A stretch of DNA of 32,000 bases from Wigglesworthia glossinidia endosymbiont of Glossina morsitans morsitans (Yale colony) (GCF_000247565.1 NC_016893.1:510001-542000); one strand, 5' to 3'; counted from the stretch's first letter, positions 10,638 through 20,323 are shown. The notes: a model not told the origin generated them from the sequence alone. Numbers and translations are program-made.

Positions 10638-11357
10638 TTATACAAAATTTTTCAGATATATTAAATTTGAAATTTCGAAATGCGGCAGTACTCTTGCATC
10701 TTTAGAAGATAACAAACTTTTATTGTATATATTTAACCAGCAAGCCTGCATTCCATAATTTATTGCTCCAAGCACATCTGTGTTTAAGCTATCTCCAACA
10801 TGTAAAATTTCGTTTGGTAATAAATTTAATTTTTTTGCTGCTAAATCATACATATTTACATATGGCTTAGGTGGTCCATTTACACCAGATCTAAAAATTT
10901 CAAAAAAATATTGATTAATATTACATTCTTTCATATTCATATCGCCATTTGTAATCGCAATTAATGGCAATTTAGCGCTAAGTGATTTTAATATATAATG
11001 TGTATCTGTTGATATATTAATTTGGTTTCTCCAAAAATTTACTAAACTCATAGCTTGACGGGAAATTATTATTGCTAATTGAGATTGTACTCCAAAACTT
11101 TTTATAGATAACAGTATTGATTGTCGTCTCCAATCGTTAATATTAAAATAAATTTTTGGATATTTTAATAAAATCTTTTTTCGATAAAATTGATAATTTT
11201 TATGAGTAAATTTTAATAGTTTAGGATGTGATTGATTTAAAAAATGTATTAATTTTTTTTCAGCACGTTTAATAACGGGTCTATTATCGTACAAAGTGTC
11301 GTCTAAATCAAAGGTTAGCGCTTTAAAAGGTTGAATTAAACGATAAAAATATATCAT
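10638..11357 (-). CDS. yigB: HAD-family phosphatase YigB (FMN/5-amino-6-(5-phosphoribitylamino)uracil phosphatase-like)
   Basis: LTFDLDDTLYDNRPVI motif I, LIAITNGD motif II, KPYVNMYDLAAKKL and ILHVGDSLNTDVLGAINYGMQACW. Lies between corA and dapF as in E. coli. Confidence 0.9.
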   Translation of the reverse strand: MIYFYRLIQPFKALTFDLDDTLYDNRPVIKRAEKKLIHFLNQSHPKLLKFTHKNYQFYRKKILLKYPKIYFNINDWRRQSILLSIKSFGVQSQLAIIISRQAMSLVNFWRNQINISTDTHYILKSLSAKLPLIAITNGDMNMKECNINQYFFEIFRSGVNGPPKPYVNMYDLAAKKLNLLPNEILHVGDSLNTDVLGAINYGMQACWLNIYNKSLLSSKDARVLPHFEISNLIYLKNFV

Positions 11358-11455
11358 ACTTAAATAAGTTTAATAATTTAATTATTAAATTTATTATATG
11401 CTTATTTAATATATCCGTAAATTAAATTTTTTAAAAAAATTTATTTATATTATAT

Positions 11456-12289
11456 TTAAAAAATATATCCTTCATAAATATGTTCTGCAGGACCTATAAT
11501 TGAAATTAAATTTAAATCGTTTTTCCAAGATACTTGTAAATTTCCACGTAAAAAGTTTACTGTCACTATATGATTTAATTTTTTAAGATGAATTCCTACT
11601 GCGACTGTAGCTGCAGCAGCACTACCGCAGCAATATGTGCTGCCAACGCCTCGTTCATATACTCTAAGTTCAATATTGTTAAAATTTATTATCCGTGAAA
11701 AGCTAACATTCACTACATTTGGAAATAAGATGTATTTACTTAATATTGGAGCAATTTTTTTTATTATATATAGCTCAAAATTTTTGACAAATATTACACA
11801 GTGTAAATTTTCTACGTAAACAATATGATATACAATTTTTTTTTTCAAAAAACCAAAATATTTTTGGTACATACTGATATGATAATTTTTCAGAATATTC
11901 GCGTTAATTTTTTTAAATTTCGGCGAATTTATACGTACACAAATTAATTTTTGATTTATTAATGATGCATGTGACTTATTATAATGTGTTCCGATACAAA
12001 TTTTATTTTTTTGTGTGAAATTTTTTAAATGTAAAAATTTAAAAACGCAACGTATTCCATTAATACATTGCACGGCTTCAGAAGCATCTGAGTTAAAAAT
12101 ACGAATATAGAAATCTATTTTTTCATCATAAGATTGCATCACTATAATTAATTGATCAAATCCAATTCCGGAATATCGATTAGACAATTGAACTATTCTG
12201 TTTTTTGATAAATTTACTTTTTGATTAATAGCATCTATTAAAATAAAATCATTACCTATACTGTGCATTTTTGAAAACTTCATGTTCAT
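11456..12289 (-). CDS. dapF: Diaminopimelate epimerase
   Basis: MKFSKMHSIGNDFILIDA, GIGFDQLI, EAVQCINGIRC (catalytic Cys region), VYERGVGSTYCCGSAAAA. Several near-invariant positions are altered (see findings). Confidence 0.9.
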   Translation of the reverse strand: MNMKFSKMHSIGNDFILIDAINQKVNLSKNRIVQLSNRYSGIGFDQLIIVMQSYDEKIDFYIRIFNSDASEAVQCINGIRCVFKFLHLKNFTQKNKICIGTHYNKSHASLINQKLICVRINSPKFKKINANILKNYHISMYQKYFGFLKKKIVYHIVYVENLHCVIFVKNFELYIIKKIAPILSKYILFPNVVNVSFSRIINFNNIELRVYERGVGSTYCCGSAAAATVAVGIHLKKLNHIVTVNFLRGNLQVSWKNDLNLISIIGPAEHIYEGYIF

Positions 12290-12496
12290 ATAAAATTTTA
12301 AATTAAAATTTTATAAATATTAACATAAATAAGATTATTTTGTATTTTATTTAAAATAAAAAATTAAATTTAATTATATAAAAAAAATTTTAAATTTATA
12401 TTTTTTATCTAAAATTAAAAGTTTATTTTAATTAAATAAATTTTATATTTTTATACATTTAATCAATGCATAAGATAACATAAAAATTAATGTAAA

Positions 12497-13597
12497 TTAA
12501 AATTTATAACTCATTTTTAATCCAAAATCATTATTTTTTTGAATATTACTAGTATTTATTTGATTATATTTTAAAAGATAGTGTACTAATATTTCGATAT
12601 TTTCATTAATAAATATTGACGTTCCCATAACAATATTTTTTTCTTGAATTTTATTTAAAATATTATTGTCAATTGAATTTATTTTAGAATTTAAATATCC
12701 CCAAAATGGATAAATCTTAGAATTTATATTGTAACTCGATATGAATTCGAAACTTTCACTATTAGATAATACTTTTTCGTGTATTAAAAAAATTTTATTT
12801 ATTTTATTATCAAAATTAAGATGCCATTTTTTACCATATAAAATAGCTAAATAAACTGGAGCTTTTTCGTATTTCATACCTAAAGAAAAAAATTGACTAT
12901 GATATTTTTTTACATTATTTATTAGTGTGTAAGTCGCATAGTTTTTTAAATACGAGCTTACAAAATTTAAATCGCTATTTTGAAATCGATATAAAATCGA
13001 TGCTCCATAAGAATTGTTATTAATATTTTTAATATTGTCTTGAACTTTTATAAAATTACTATTCCAGGAAAATATACGTTGTAAAGAAAATGTTAATCCT
13101 GGAAAAAAATTATATAAATTTTTGTTACGATATGTCAATATTTTTGCAGGATAAGATCCTAATATAACGTTTTTGAACGTAAAATATTTATCGAATGATG
13201 GTATATTTTTTATATAGTCAGATACATCATTTAGTACAGTTCGACTTTTCCCGTATTCGATAGTATTTTCCTGAAAATTTGTACTAAATACATTTGAAGA
13301 TATGTTATTTTCAAAAAATAAATTATCAGAATATTTATTTTTAAATGGTGTATGTTCTATTTTCCAAAAACTAGATATAGTTTCATTAAATTTTAATTTA
13401 TATAAAATTCCGTATGTTATAAAAATTTTTTGTTTATTGTTTTCTTTTTTAAAAAGATTATGATCGCTATAGATTTTTCCATATAAAAATATTTCAGGGT
13501 TTTTTTTCAAAAAAATTTCACTAGCAGATAAATATTGATTTTTTAAACAAAAAATAATAATTATTATAATAATTTGAAATATTTTATTTTTTTTCAT
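12497..13597 (-). CDS. Divergent OmpF/OmpC-family general porin
   Basis: N-terminal hydrophobic signal ending near SASEI, then FLYGKI. ILTYRNKNLYNFFPGLTFSLQ matches the enterobacterial porin segment TYRNSNFFGLVDGLNFAVQ. Terminal Phe after SYKF, as in outer-membrane beta-barrels. Confidence 0.65.
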   Translation of the reverse strand: MKKNKIFQIIIIIIIFCLKNQYLSASEIFLKKNPEIFLYGKIYSDHNLFKKENNKQKIFITYGILYKLKFNETISSFWKIEHTPFKNKYSDNLFFENNISSNVFSTNFQENTIEYGKSRTVLNDVSDYIKNIPSFDKYFTFKNVILGSYPAKILTYRNKNLYNFFPGLTFSLQRIFSWNSNFIKVQDNIKNINNNSYGASILYRFQNSDLNFVSSYLKNYATYTLINNVKKYHSQFFSLGMKYEKAPVYLAILYGKKWHLNFDNKINKIFLIHEKVLSNSESFEFISSYNINSKIYPFWGYLNSKINSIDNNILNKIQEKNIVMGTSIFINENIEILVHYLLKYNQINTSNIQKNNDFGLKMSYKF

Positions 13598-13708
13598 AAT
13601 TTTTAAATGGTTTAATTTATATAGTTAAAAAATTTAATTTTAATTAATTTTTAAATTTCTTTTATATCATATTTAATTGATAAAACAATGTATTAAGAAT
13701 TTATATAT

Positions 13709-14551
13709 TTATTTATTAAATAAATACAATTGTATTCCATGAAAAATAGCTTCTGCAATTTTTTGTTGATAATATGGATTATTTAATTTCATTTCTTCTT
13801 GTAAATTGCTAATAAATGCTAATTCTATTAAAATAGATGGAATTTCTGGATATTTTAGTACTGCAAATCCGGCATAATTCAAAGTATTTTTATGTAATTT
13901 AGTTATTTTTCCAAGAGAATTTAAAATTTTATTTCCAAATTTGAAGCTTTCATACATTGTAGAATTTTGCAATAAATCAAACATAGTATTATCTAGATAA
14001 TAATCACCGCTGCTTGGTATTCCTATAAATTTTTTTATAGAATATTTTGTATTTAATAAATGTTTTTCTGCAACATTTATTGCACTTTTTTTAGACAAGA
14101 TAAATACAGAAGCACCTTGAGCTAATTTATTTTTTACTGAATTAGTATGAATCGAAATAAACAAATCTATTTTTTTACGACGTGCTTCAAGAATTCGATG
14201 TTTTAAAGAAACAAATATGTCTTTATTTCTAGTCATATAAACTTTGATATAACTTTTTTTTTGTATTATGGACTGTAAACGTTGAGAAACTTGCAATACA
14301 ATATTTTTTTCATAAGTATTATTTTTACCAATTGCACCTGGATCTTCACCTCCGTGTCCTGGATCAATCATAATTTTGAATATTTTTTTATAATTTAATT
14401 GATATTGTTTATTATTTAAACTTGTTTTTGTTTTTTTTGAATTCAAGTAATTTATTAAATCCGAGATAATTTTATTACGTTTTTCTATATTTAGATTTTT
14501 ATTTTGATTGATATTGACAATTAACTTATTTTTTTTTTGAATATATAACAT
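13709..14551 (-). CDS. amiC: N-acetylmuramoyl-L-alanine amidase AmiC, catalytic (Amidase_3) portion
   Basis: IMIDPGHGGEDPGAIGK, YEKNIVLQVSQRL, MTRNKD, DLFISIHTNS, SGDYYLDNTMFD, IPSILIELAFISN. Next to recD, as amiC is near recD in E. coli. Confidence 0.9.
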   Translation of the reverse strand: MLYIQKKNKLIVNINQNKNLNIEKRNKIISDLINYLNSKKTKTSLNNKQYQLNYKKIFKIMIDPGHGGEDPGAIGKNNTYEKNIVLQVSQRLQSIIQKKSYIKVYMTRNKDIFVSLKHRILEARRKKIDLFISIHTNSVKNKLAQGASVFILSKKSAINVAEKHLLNTKYSIKKFIGIPSSGDYYLDNTMFDLLQNSTMYESFKFGNKILNSLGKITKLHKNTLNYAGFAVLKYPEIPSILIELAFISNLQEEMKLNNPYYQQKIAEAIFHGIQLYLFNK

Positions 14552-14921
14552 TTACTGCAGAAAAATTTTGTAATTCTAATACCAGACGAATGATGTTCTT
14601 TTTAAATATCCCAAATCGAATTAACTTAATATAAACCGAGTATAAATTTTCTTTTTTTAATGATTTAAAATTATTAATTGAAAAATTTGAATTTTTAAAA
14701 TCAATAACAAAACGATATGGATTTTGCAAAAAAAAATACGAATAATTTATATGATATTTAGATTGAAATATTATTTGTGTTTTATCTTTAAGATTTTTTA
14801 TAGTAATATCAAAAAACAAATTTTGATTATTTTTTTCCAAGGCAATAGCAATATTTTTAAAACACAAAATTAACCAAAAAATAATTAATAAACTAATTTT
14901 TATTTTTTTATCATGAAACAT
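14526..14921 (-). CDS. amiC: AmiC N-terminal signal and AMIN domain; probable 5' part of the same gene in a shifted frame
   Basis: Signal-like N-terminus, then DITIKNLKDKTQIIFQSKYHINYSYFFLQNPYRFVIDF...VRLVLEL-like text, matching E. coli AmiC AMIN ([28 protein letters not shown]...VRMVFELK). Overlaps the amidase ORF by 26 nt, with a change of frame. Confidence 0.78.
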   Translation of the reverse strand: MFHDKKIKISLLIIFWLILCFKNIAIALEKNNQNLFFDITIKNLKDKTQIIFQSKYHINYSYFFLQNPYRFVIDFKNSNFSINNFKSLKKENLYSVYIKLIRFGIFKKNIIRLVLELQNFSAVNVIYSKKK

Positions 14922-14971
14922 TTTGACTTGTAACGAGAATATTGAATTTATTAAATTTTTACTTGATATCT

Positions 14972-16807
14972 TTATAAGATACCAACTTTTTTATATGCAG
15001 AATGTAAAAAAGATCTCTTCAAAGAATTATTAAAGTCATATATGATAACTTTTTTTCTAACTTGCAATAAAGTTGTATATAAAAATTCATGAGCAATGTT
15101 AGATGAAATGGAATGTGAGAGTAGTATGATAGCATTATCTAGAGTAATAGATAAGTCTAAAAAATCTTTTATGTACAAAATAAATGCAGGTTGCAAATTT
15201 ACAAACATATTGCAATTAAATTTTTTAAATTTTTTGTTTTTATAAAAATATACATAACTTTTTGGATAATTTTCAATTATAATCCCAATATCATTTTTAT
15301 ATATATCTAGCAAAGAATAATCTATTTTAGATATTACTAATCTTCCTGTATATAAGTTACGTTTTATCGATAAATTATATTTGTAAAATAAATAATTTTT
15401 CAACATATTTTCAATAATATAATTTAATTTATATACTCCCAAATAATTATATTTAGATGTGCAGATTACTCTAAATTTTGTTACTGAATAATTTAAAATA
15501 TAATTTATATTATGAAAATTTTTTTTAATTTTATTAAAAAATTTAACATAATTTAAAAAAATTTTATTTATCATATCTTGACAATCTAATTGATTTTTTA
15601 AAAGAACATATTTAACACCTTTATAGATATTTTTGTTTATAAAACTCAAAATTTCATGAGAATATTTAATTTTAATTAATTTTGCTAAATAGTTAATGTT
15701 AGGACATATTTTGTGCTTTTTAAAGTTCTTAATTATTAATATATTACCTAAATTATTTATAATAGCAGGAGTATTTAATTTTTCTATAGAAAATATGTTT
15801 TCATTTAATATTTTAGTAAATTTTGGTTTATAAAATAATTTTTTTGAATTTTTACAGTATGTATATATTTGAGAGAGAATTGATCCTTTTTCTATATTTT
15901 TAAAATTAGAATGATTTCCAATAAATACAATTTTGCTTGTATTTTTTTTATATACGTTAATAATATCATTGATAACGGATAAATTAATCATAGAAATATC
16001 ATAAATAATCATAAAATCACAATATATAGGATAGTAACGATAAGAAACAAAATCTTGATTGTAATAATATGAATTTAATAATTCATAAAGCACAATACAA
16101 TTTATAGAAAAATTATTTTTTAAATATTTTTTTTTTAAGTATCTTATTTGTTTATTAAAAAAAACTAAAGATCTTTTATTTAAAGTTACTAATATTAAAT
16201 GACAATAGTTTGTAGAATTTAATTCTAAAAAAATTGATAAAATATCAAAAATAAAATATTTTTTATTAAGTGCTTTTTCTCCTAATATCCATGCAGGACT
16301 ATAATTGCATATATTCAAAATCGATTGAATTTTCCAAAAATTATTTTTTTTATTAGTTATATATTTATTAAAAAAATTGAAAATTATTTTATTTTTTTTA
16401 TTACTACATGGAAAATAAAAACGAGTATATAAAAATTTTTTAAAATTTACTTCATTTTTCCATGTATTATATAAATATAATTTTTGTTTAAATAAAACAA
16501 TAGGTCTGTAATTAAAAAAATGACCAACTATTTTCGATTGAAAAAGTTTATTTTCCCATTGTTTTATAGTATTTACTTTTCCATGTACTTCCCATAGTAT
16601 ATCTAGTTCATGTTTTTTAAATAATTTTTTTAAAGTATATAAAGATAAATAAGAATTTCCTAATCTGTTTTCTGCGCTTAAAAAAGCGCTAGCTAAAATT
16701 AAATAAGGTTCTTTTTCTATATTAATGGATAATGAAAATTGTATGTCTAAAGAATTTAATACTTCAATTTTTTGTAATTTTAAAAAAATTTTTTTGATAA
16801 TTTTCAT
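14972..16807 (-). CDS. recD: RecD subunit of exonuclease V, full length but with degenerated helicase motifs
   Basis: N-terminus NSLDIQFSLSINIEKEPYLILASAFLSAE aligns with E. coli RecD [29 protein letters not shown]. It follows recB in the recC-recB-recD order. 611 aa versus about 608 in E. coli. Helicase motifs are replaced. Confidence 0.88.
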   Translation of the reverse strand: MKIIKKIFLKLQKIEVLNSLDIQFSLSINIEKEPYLILASAFLSAENRLGNSYLSLYTLKKLFKKHELDILWEVHGKVNTIKQWENKLFQSKIVGHFFNYRPIVLFKQKLYLYNTWKNEVNFKKFLYTRFYFPCSNKKNKIIFNFFNKYITNKKNNFWKIQSILNICNYSPAWILGEKALNKKYFIFDILSIFLELNSTNYCHLILVTLNKRSLVFFNKQIRYLKKKYLKNNFSINCIVLYELLNSYYYNQDFVSYRYYPIYCDFMIIYDISMINLSVINDIINVYKKNTSKIVFIGNHSNFKNIEKGSILSQIYTYCKNSKKLFYKPKFTKILNENIFSIEKLNTPAIINNLGNILIIKNFKKHKICPNINYLAKLIKIKYSHEILSFINKNIYKGVKYVLLKNQLDCQDMINKIFLNYVKFFNKIKKNFHNINYILNYSVTKFRVICTSKYNYLGVYKLNYIIENMLKNYLFYKYNLSIKRNLYTGRLVISKIDYSLLDIYKNDIGIIIENYPKSYVYFYKNKKFKKFNCNMFVNLQPAFILYIKDFLDLSITLDNAIILLSHSISSNIAHEFLYTTLLQVRKKVIIYDFNNSLKRSFLHSAYKKVGIL

Positions 16808-16840
16808 AATAAATTTTAATTAAATTAAAGTATATATGAA

Positions 16841-19800
16841 TCATTTTTTTATAAGAAATAAATTATCAATACTATTTACTAATTTGAAATTAGGTTTCAA
16901 AAAATATATTCCATGTTGATTTTTAAAAGATTTTTTACTTATACCTCGTAAAAAAAGATAATATATTCCTCCAAAATGTTGATTATATTCATATTTTTTT
17001 AATCTATTTTTTAAATATCTATGCAATGCTAATGTATACATCTGATACTGCAAATCATATCTATACTTTACCATCTCTTTTTCCATAGAATTCAAACTAT
17101 ATGATTCATCATTGCTTCCTAACCAATTAGATTTATAATCTATAAAATAATATTTTTTTTTCCATAAAAAAATTAAATCTATTGCACCAGTCAACATACC
17201 TATAACACCATCAATATTTTTAATATTTGAACATTTTTGAGAAATTGAATCATATTTTTTAATTAAAAAATTAAATTTTTTAGCATTTATTTTAGAATTT
17301 ATAGAAAGAAAAAATTTTAACTCAGTAAGTTTTTTACTTGAACTTATTGTTGCTAAAAATAGTTCTTGATTATTTAAAGGTATATGTAAAATACTATTTA
17401 TCCATTGCATAATATTTTCTGACAAAGATACATCAATTTCGTATTTTATAAGATTATCTTTAATTAGATTCATATTTAATGGTTTCTGAAAATCAATTAA
17501 TTCAAATATTTTATGTACAAATTTTCCAAATTTTTTTCCTCTAGGTAATTCATGAGGAGAAAAATTATTGTTTTTATTTTTTACAATTAAGCTTAAATTT
17601 TTTAATGTAAAAGAAGGATCTTTTTTAAAGTCTGAATAACTAATAATTTTCCAAGAATTTACAACATTTCTATTCCATGAAATATCTTTTAATTGATTAA
17701 AATTTATTACAGGATTTATTGATAATTTTTTAGATTGCATTAATATTGAATTAATCATAATATCTCCATTAGAAATGGTAGAAAGATTTTGTAAATTTTT
17801 TTTTAAAAAATCAAAATCTCCTTCTTTTCTTTTTTGTACTAGATATCCTATTGGAGTTAAATGTGTTTGATTAAATCGATTTTTATTATTTCCTTTAAAC
17901 AATACAGATATTCCTACACTGCAATGATAAATGGAACGTGTTAAAGCAACATATGTCAATCTTAAATCTTCTGATAATCGTTCTTGTTCGGTAAGTTTTT
18001 TATTTCTTAAATTTTTATTTAAATCTAATATTAATTGATGCGTATTTTTGTTATGAAATAAAACATAATCTTTTTTACGAAAATTTAATAAAAAAGGCAA
18101 AAAAACAATTGGAAACTCTAAACCTTTAGCTTTAAAAATTGTCATAATTTTGATTATTTTTTGATTATTTTCAACAGGTATTTTATAATTTGTATTTTGT
18201 GTTTCAGGTAAATTGATTTGATTTGATATCCACAATAATAAAGATAGTTTACTTGTAATATTTTTTGAAATTTCTTGCAATATTTCCGCAATATGTAATA
18301 TGTTATTTATAGATTTTTTATTTACTCCATAATAAATATGTTTAAATTTAAAAATTTCAAATGTAATAAATCTATTTAACATTAATTTGATTCCATATTT
18401 CTTCCACATATCTCTATAGAATAAAAATTTTTGATAATATTCATAATATTTTGAAGTTGCTTTACGTTTGTATATTTGCTTTATATTAAATCCTAATAGT
18501 CGTGTAGATAATGACTTTCTCAGGAAATCACTATTTTCTGCATATAGAATACCTTCTAGTATTTGTAATACTTCTTGAGCTTCACGAGTATGAAAGATAC
18601 TATTACTATCTGATAAATATGCGTTAGGAATAGACAATTTATCGCACGCTTCTTGCATAAAATTAGCTTCATTTCGATTACGTACTAATACCGTGATATC
18701 CGAAGCAGTTAAATTACAAATAGTATTTTTTTTTGTAAAAAATGTATGTTCTTTTTGAGCAAGATGAATAAGATTTTTAATTTTTATTGCATATTGATTT
18801 GCCATATAATTTTGATAATCTTTTAAATTCATATTTTTATATGGACAATGTAAAAATTCTAATGAAGGTTGCACTTGATTTTTTTTAATAAAATTTAAAG
18901 TATAGTTATACTGTGTAGATTCAATTCTATTATATTTAATATATTTGAATATAAATGGATTGCTAATTTGTTGAAATAAGCAATTGACGGCGTTTATCAT
19001 ACCTGCTGAAGAACGCCAATTTTTTTTCAATGAATAACATATTTTAATTTTTTTTTTTATTTGAATATATGTGAAAATGTCTGCACCTCGAAATCCATAT
19101 ATTGCTTGTTTCGGATCTCCTATTAATATTAAAGCGCACATATTTTGTCGATGATATATTTTAAAAAATATTTTATATTGAATTTTATTAGTATCTTGAA
19201 ATTCATCAATCATAGCAACTGGGTAATAATGTCGAATAACTTCAGCTAAATGATACGATTTATATAATGCGGATTTTAATAATTTCAACAAATCATCAAA
19301 TTCTAATTTTTCTTGGGCGTATTTTTCTTTTTTAATTTTTTTACGTATTATTATTATTACTTGAATAAATATTAATTGTTTAAATTTTTTTATATATGAA
19401 TACGCGTGATTTAATTTTTTAAAAAATATTATATGGAATATTTTCATATAACAGGAATTAATTGTATTTAGATAAAATTTAATCTTTTCAAATTCTACTG
19501 GAATATGAAGATCTTGCGTACGTTTAATTGACCATGTATCTATATTTTTAATATACATATCTAACTTTTTGTATTTTTTATCAGAAAATATTTTAAAATC
19601 AATTTTGCACAAAATTTTATTTTTTATTTTTTTCCAGATTTTTTTCAGTTGATTAATTTTATTAACGTGTATGTAATAAAAATTTTCAATTGATTGCATG
19701 TAATCAATTGAATCTAAGATTATAGGAATATCTCCTTTGATAAAAGGAAGTGCATCTTTTAACAGAGATTGAGGTGTTTTCCATAAATTAAAAATAATAC

Positions 19801-20323
19801 GAATAATATCTACAGATAAAATTGAAAAATGTTCATGCCAAAAATTTTCAAAGATTTTTTGATACAAGATAAATTCATCTTCTAATAATGAATTATTTAG
19901 CGTATATCCAGATTCAAATAAATTTAAATTTAACATACGATGACAAAACCCATGAATAGTAAAAATAGAAGCTTCGTCTATTTGTTTTTCTGCAGAAATT
20001 AAACGTAAAATTGCTGTTTTTAAATCTTTAATTTCTTGTATTAAAGGGTGTCGTATATCATAATTAATGCAAGCCAATTTTAAATGAAAAATTTCCTGTC
20101 TAATACGATTTTTTAGTTGATTTTTTGCGGCTTCGGTGTAGGTAACTACCAAGATTTCTTTGATATTTAAACCAGATAAGAATAAACTTTGATTTAATCC
20201 TAATAAAAGTCTTAAATAAAAAATAATAATACTGTAAGTTTTTCCCGTACCTGCTGATGCTTCAATTAAGCACGTATTTTGTATTGGAAAAGTTATTGGG
20301 TTAAGTATTTCATGTTTTTTCAT
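16841..20323 (-). CDS. recB: RecB helicase-nuclease subunit of exonuclease V
   Basis: LIEASAGTGKTYSI (Walker A), AMIDEFQDTNKIQY (Walker B), LIGDPKQAIYGFRGADIFTY, EDLRLTYVALTRSIYHC, and nuclease motif GAIDLIFLWKKKYYFIDYKSNWLG...YRYDLQYQMYTLALHRYL. Confidence 0.96.
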   Translation of the reverse strand: MKKHEILNPITFPIQNTCLIEASAGTGKTYSIIIFYLRLLLGLNQSLFLSGLNIKEILVVTYTEAAKNQLKNRIRQEIFHLKLACINYDIRHPLIQEIKDLKTAILRLISAEKQIDEASIFTIHGFCHRMLNLNLFESGYTLNNSLLEDEFILYQKIFENFWHEHFSILSVDIIRIIFNLWKTPQSLLKDALPFIKGDIPIILDSIDYMQSIENFYYIHVNKINQLKKIWKKIKNKILCKIDFKIFSDKKYKKLDMYIKNIDTWSIKRTQDLHIPVEFEKIKFYLNTINSCYMKIFHIIFFKKLNHAYSYIKKFKQLIFIQVIIIIRKKIKKEKYAQEKLEFDDLLKLLKSALYKSYHLAEVIRHYYPVAMIDEFQDTNKIQYKIFFKIYHRQNMCALILIGDPKQAIYGFRGADIFTYIQIKKKIKICYSLKKNWRSSAGMINAVNCLFQQISNPFIFKYIKYNRIESTQYNYTLNFIKKNQVQPSLEFLHCPYKNMNLKDYQNYMANQYAIKIKNLIHLAQKEHTFFTKKNTICNLTASDITVLVRNRNEANFMQEACDKLSIPNAYLSDSNSIFHTREAQEVLQILEGILYAENSDFLRKSLSTRLLGFNIKQIYKRKATSKYYEYYQKFLFYRDMWKKYGIKLMLNRFITFEIFKFKHIYYGVNKKSINNILHIAEILQEISKNITSKLSLLLWISNQINLPETQNTNYKIPVENNQKIIKIMTIFKAKGLEFPIVFLPFLLNFRKKDYVLFHNKNTHQLILDLNKNLRNKKLTEQERLSEDLRLTYVALTRSIYHCSVGISVLFKGNNKNRFNQTHLTPIGYLVQKRKEGDFDFLKKNLQNLSTISNGDIMINSILMQSKKLSINPVINFNQLKDISWNRNVVNSWKIISYSDFKKDPSFTLKNLSLIVKNKNNNFSPHELPRGKKFGKFVHKIFELIDFQKPLNMNLIKDNLIKYEIDVSLSENIMQWINSILHIPLNNQELFLATISSSKKLTELKFFLSINSKINAKKFNFLIKKYDSISQKCSNIKNIDGVIGMLTGAIDLIFLWKKKYYFIDYKSNWLGSNDESYSLNSMEKEMVKYRYDLQYQMYTLALHRYLKNRLKKYEYNQHFGGIYYLFLRGISKKSFKNQHGIYFLKPNFKLVNSIDNLFLIKK

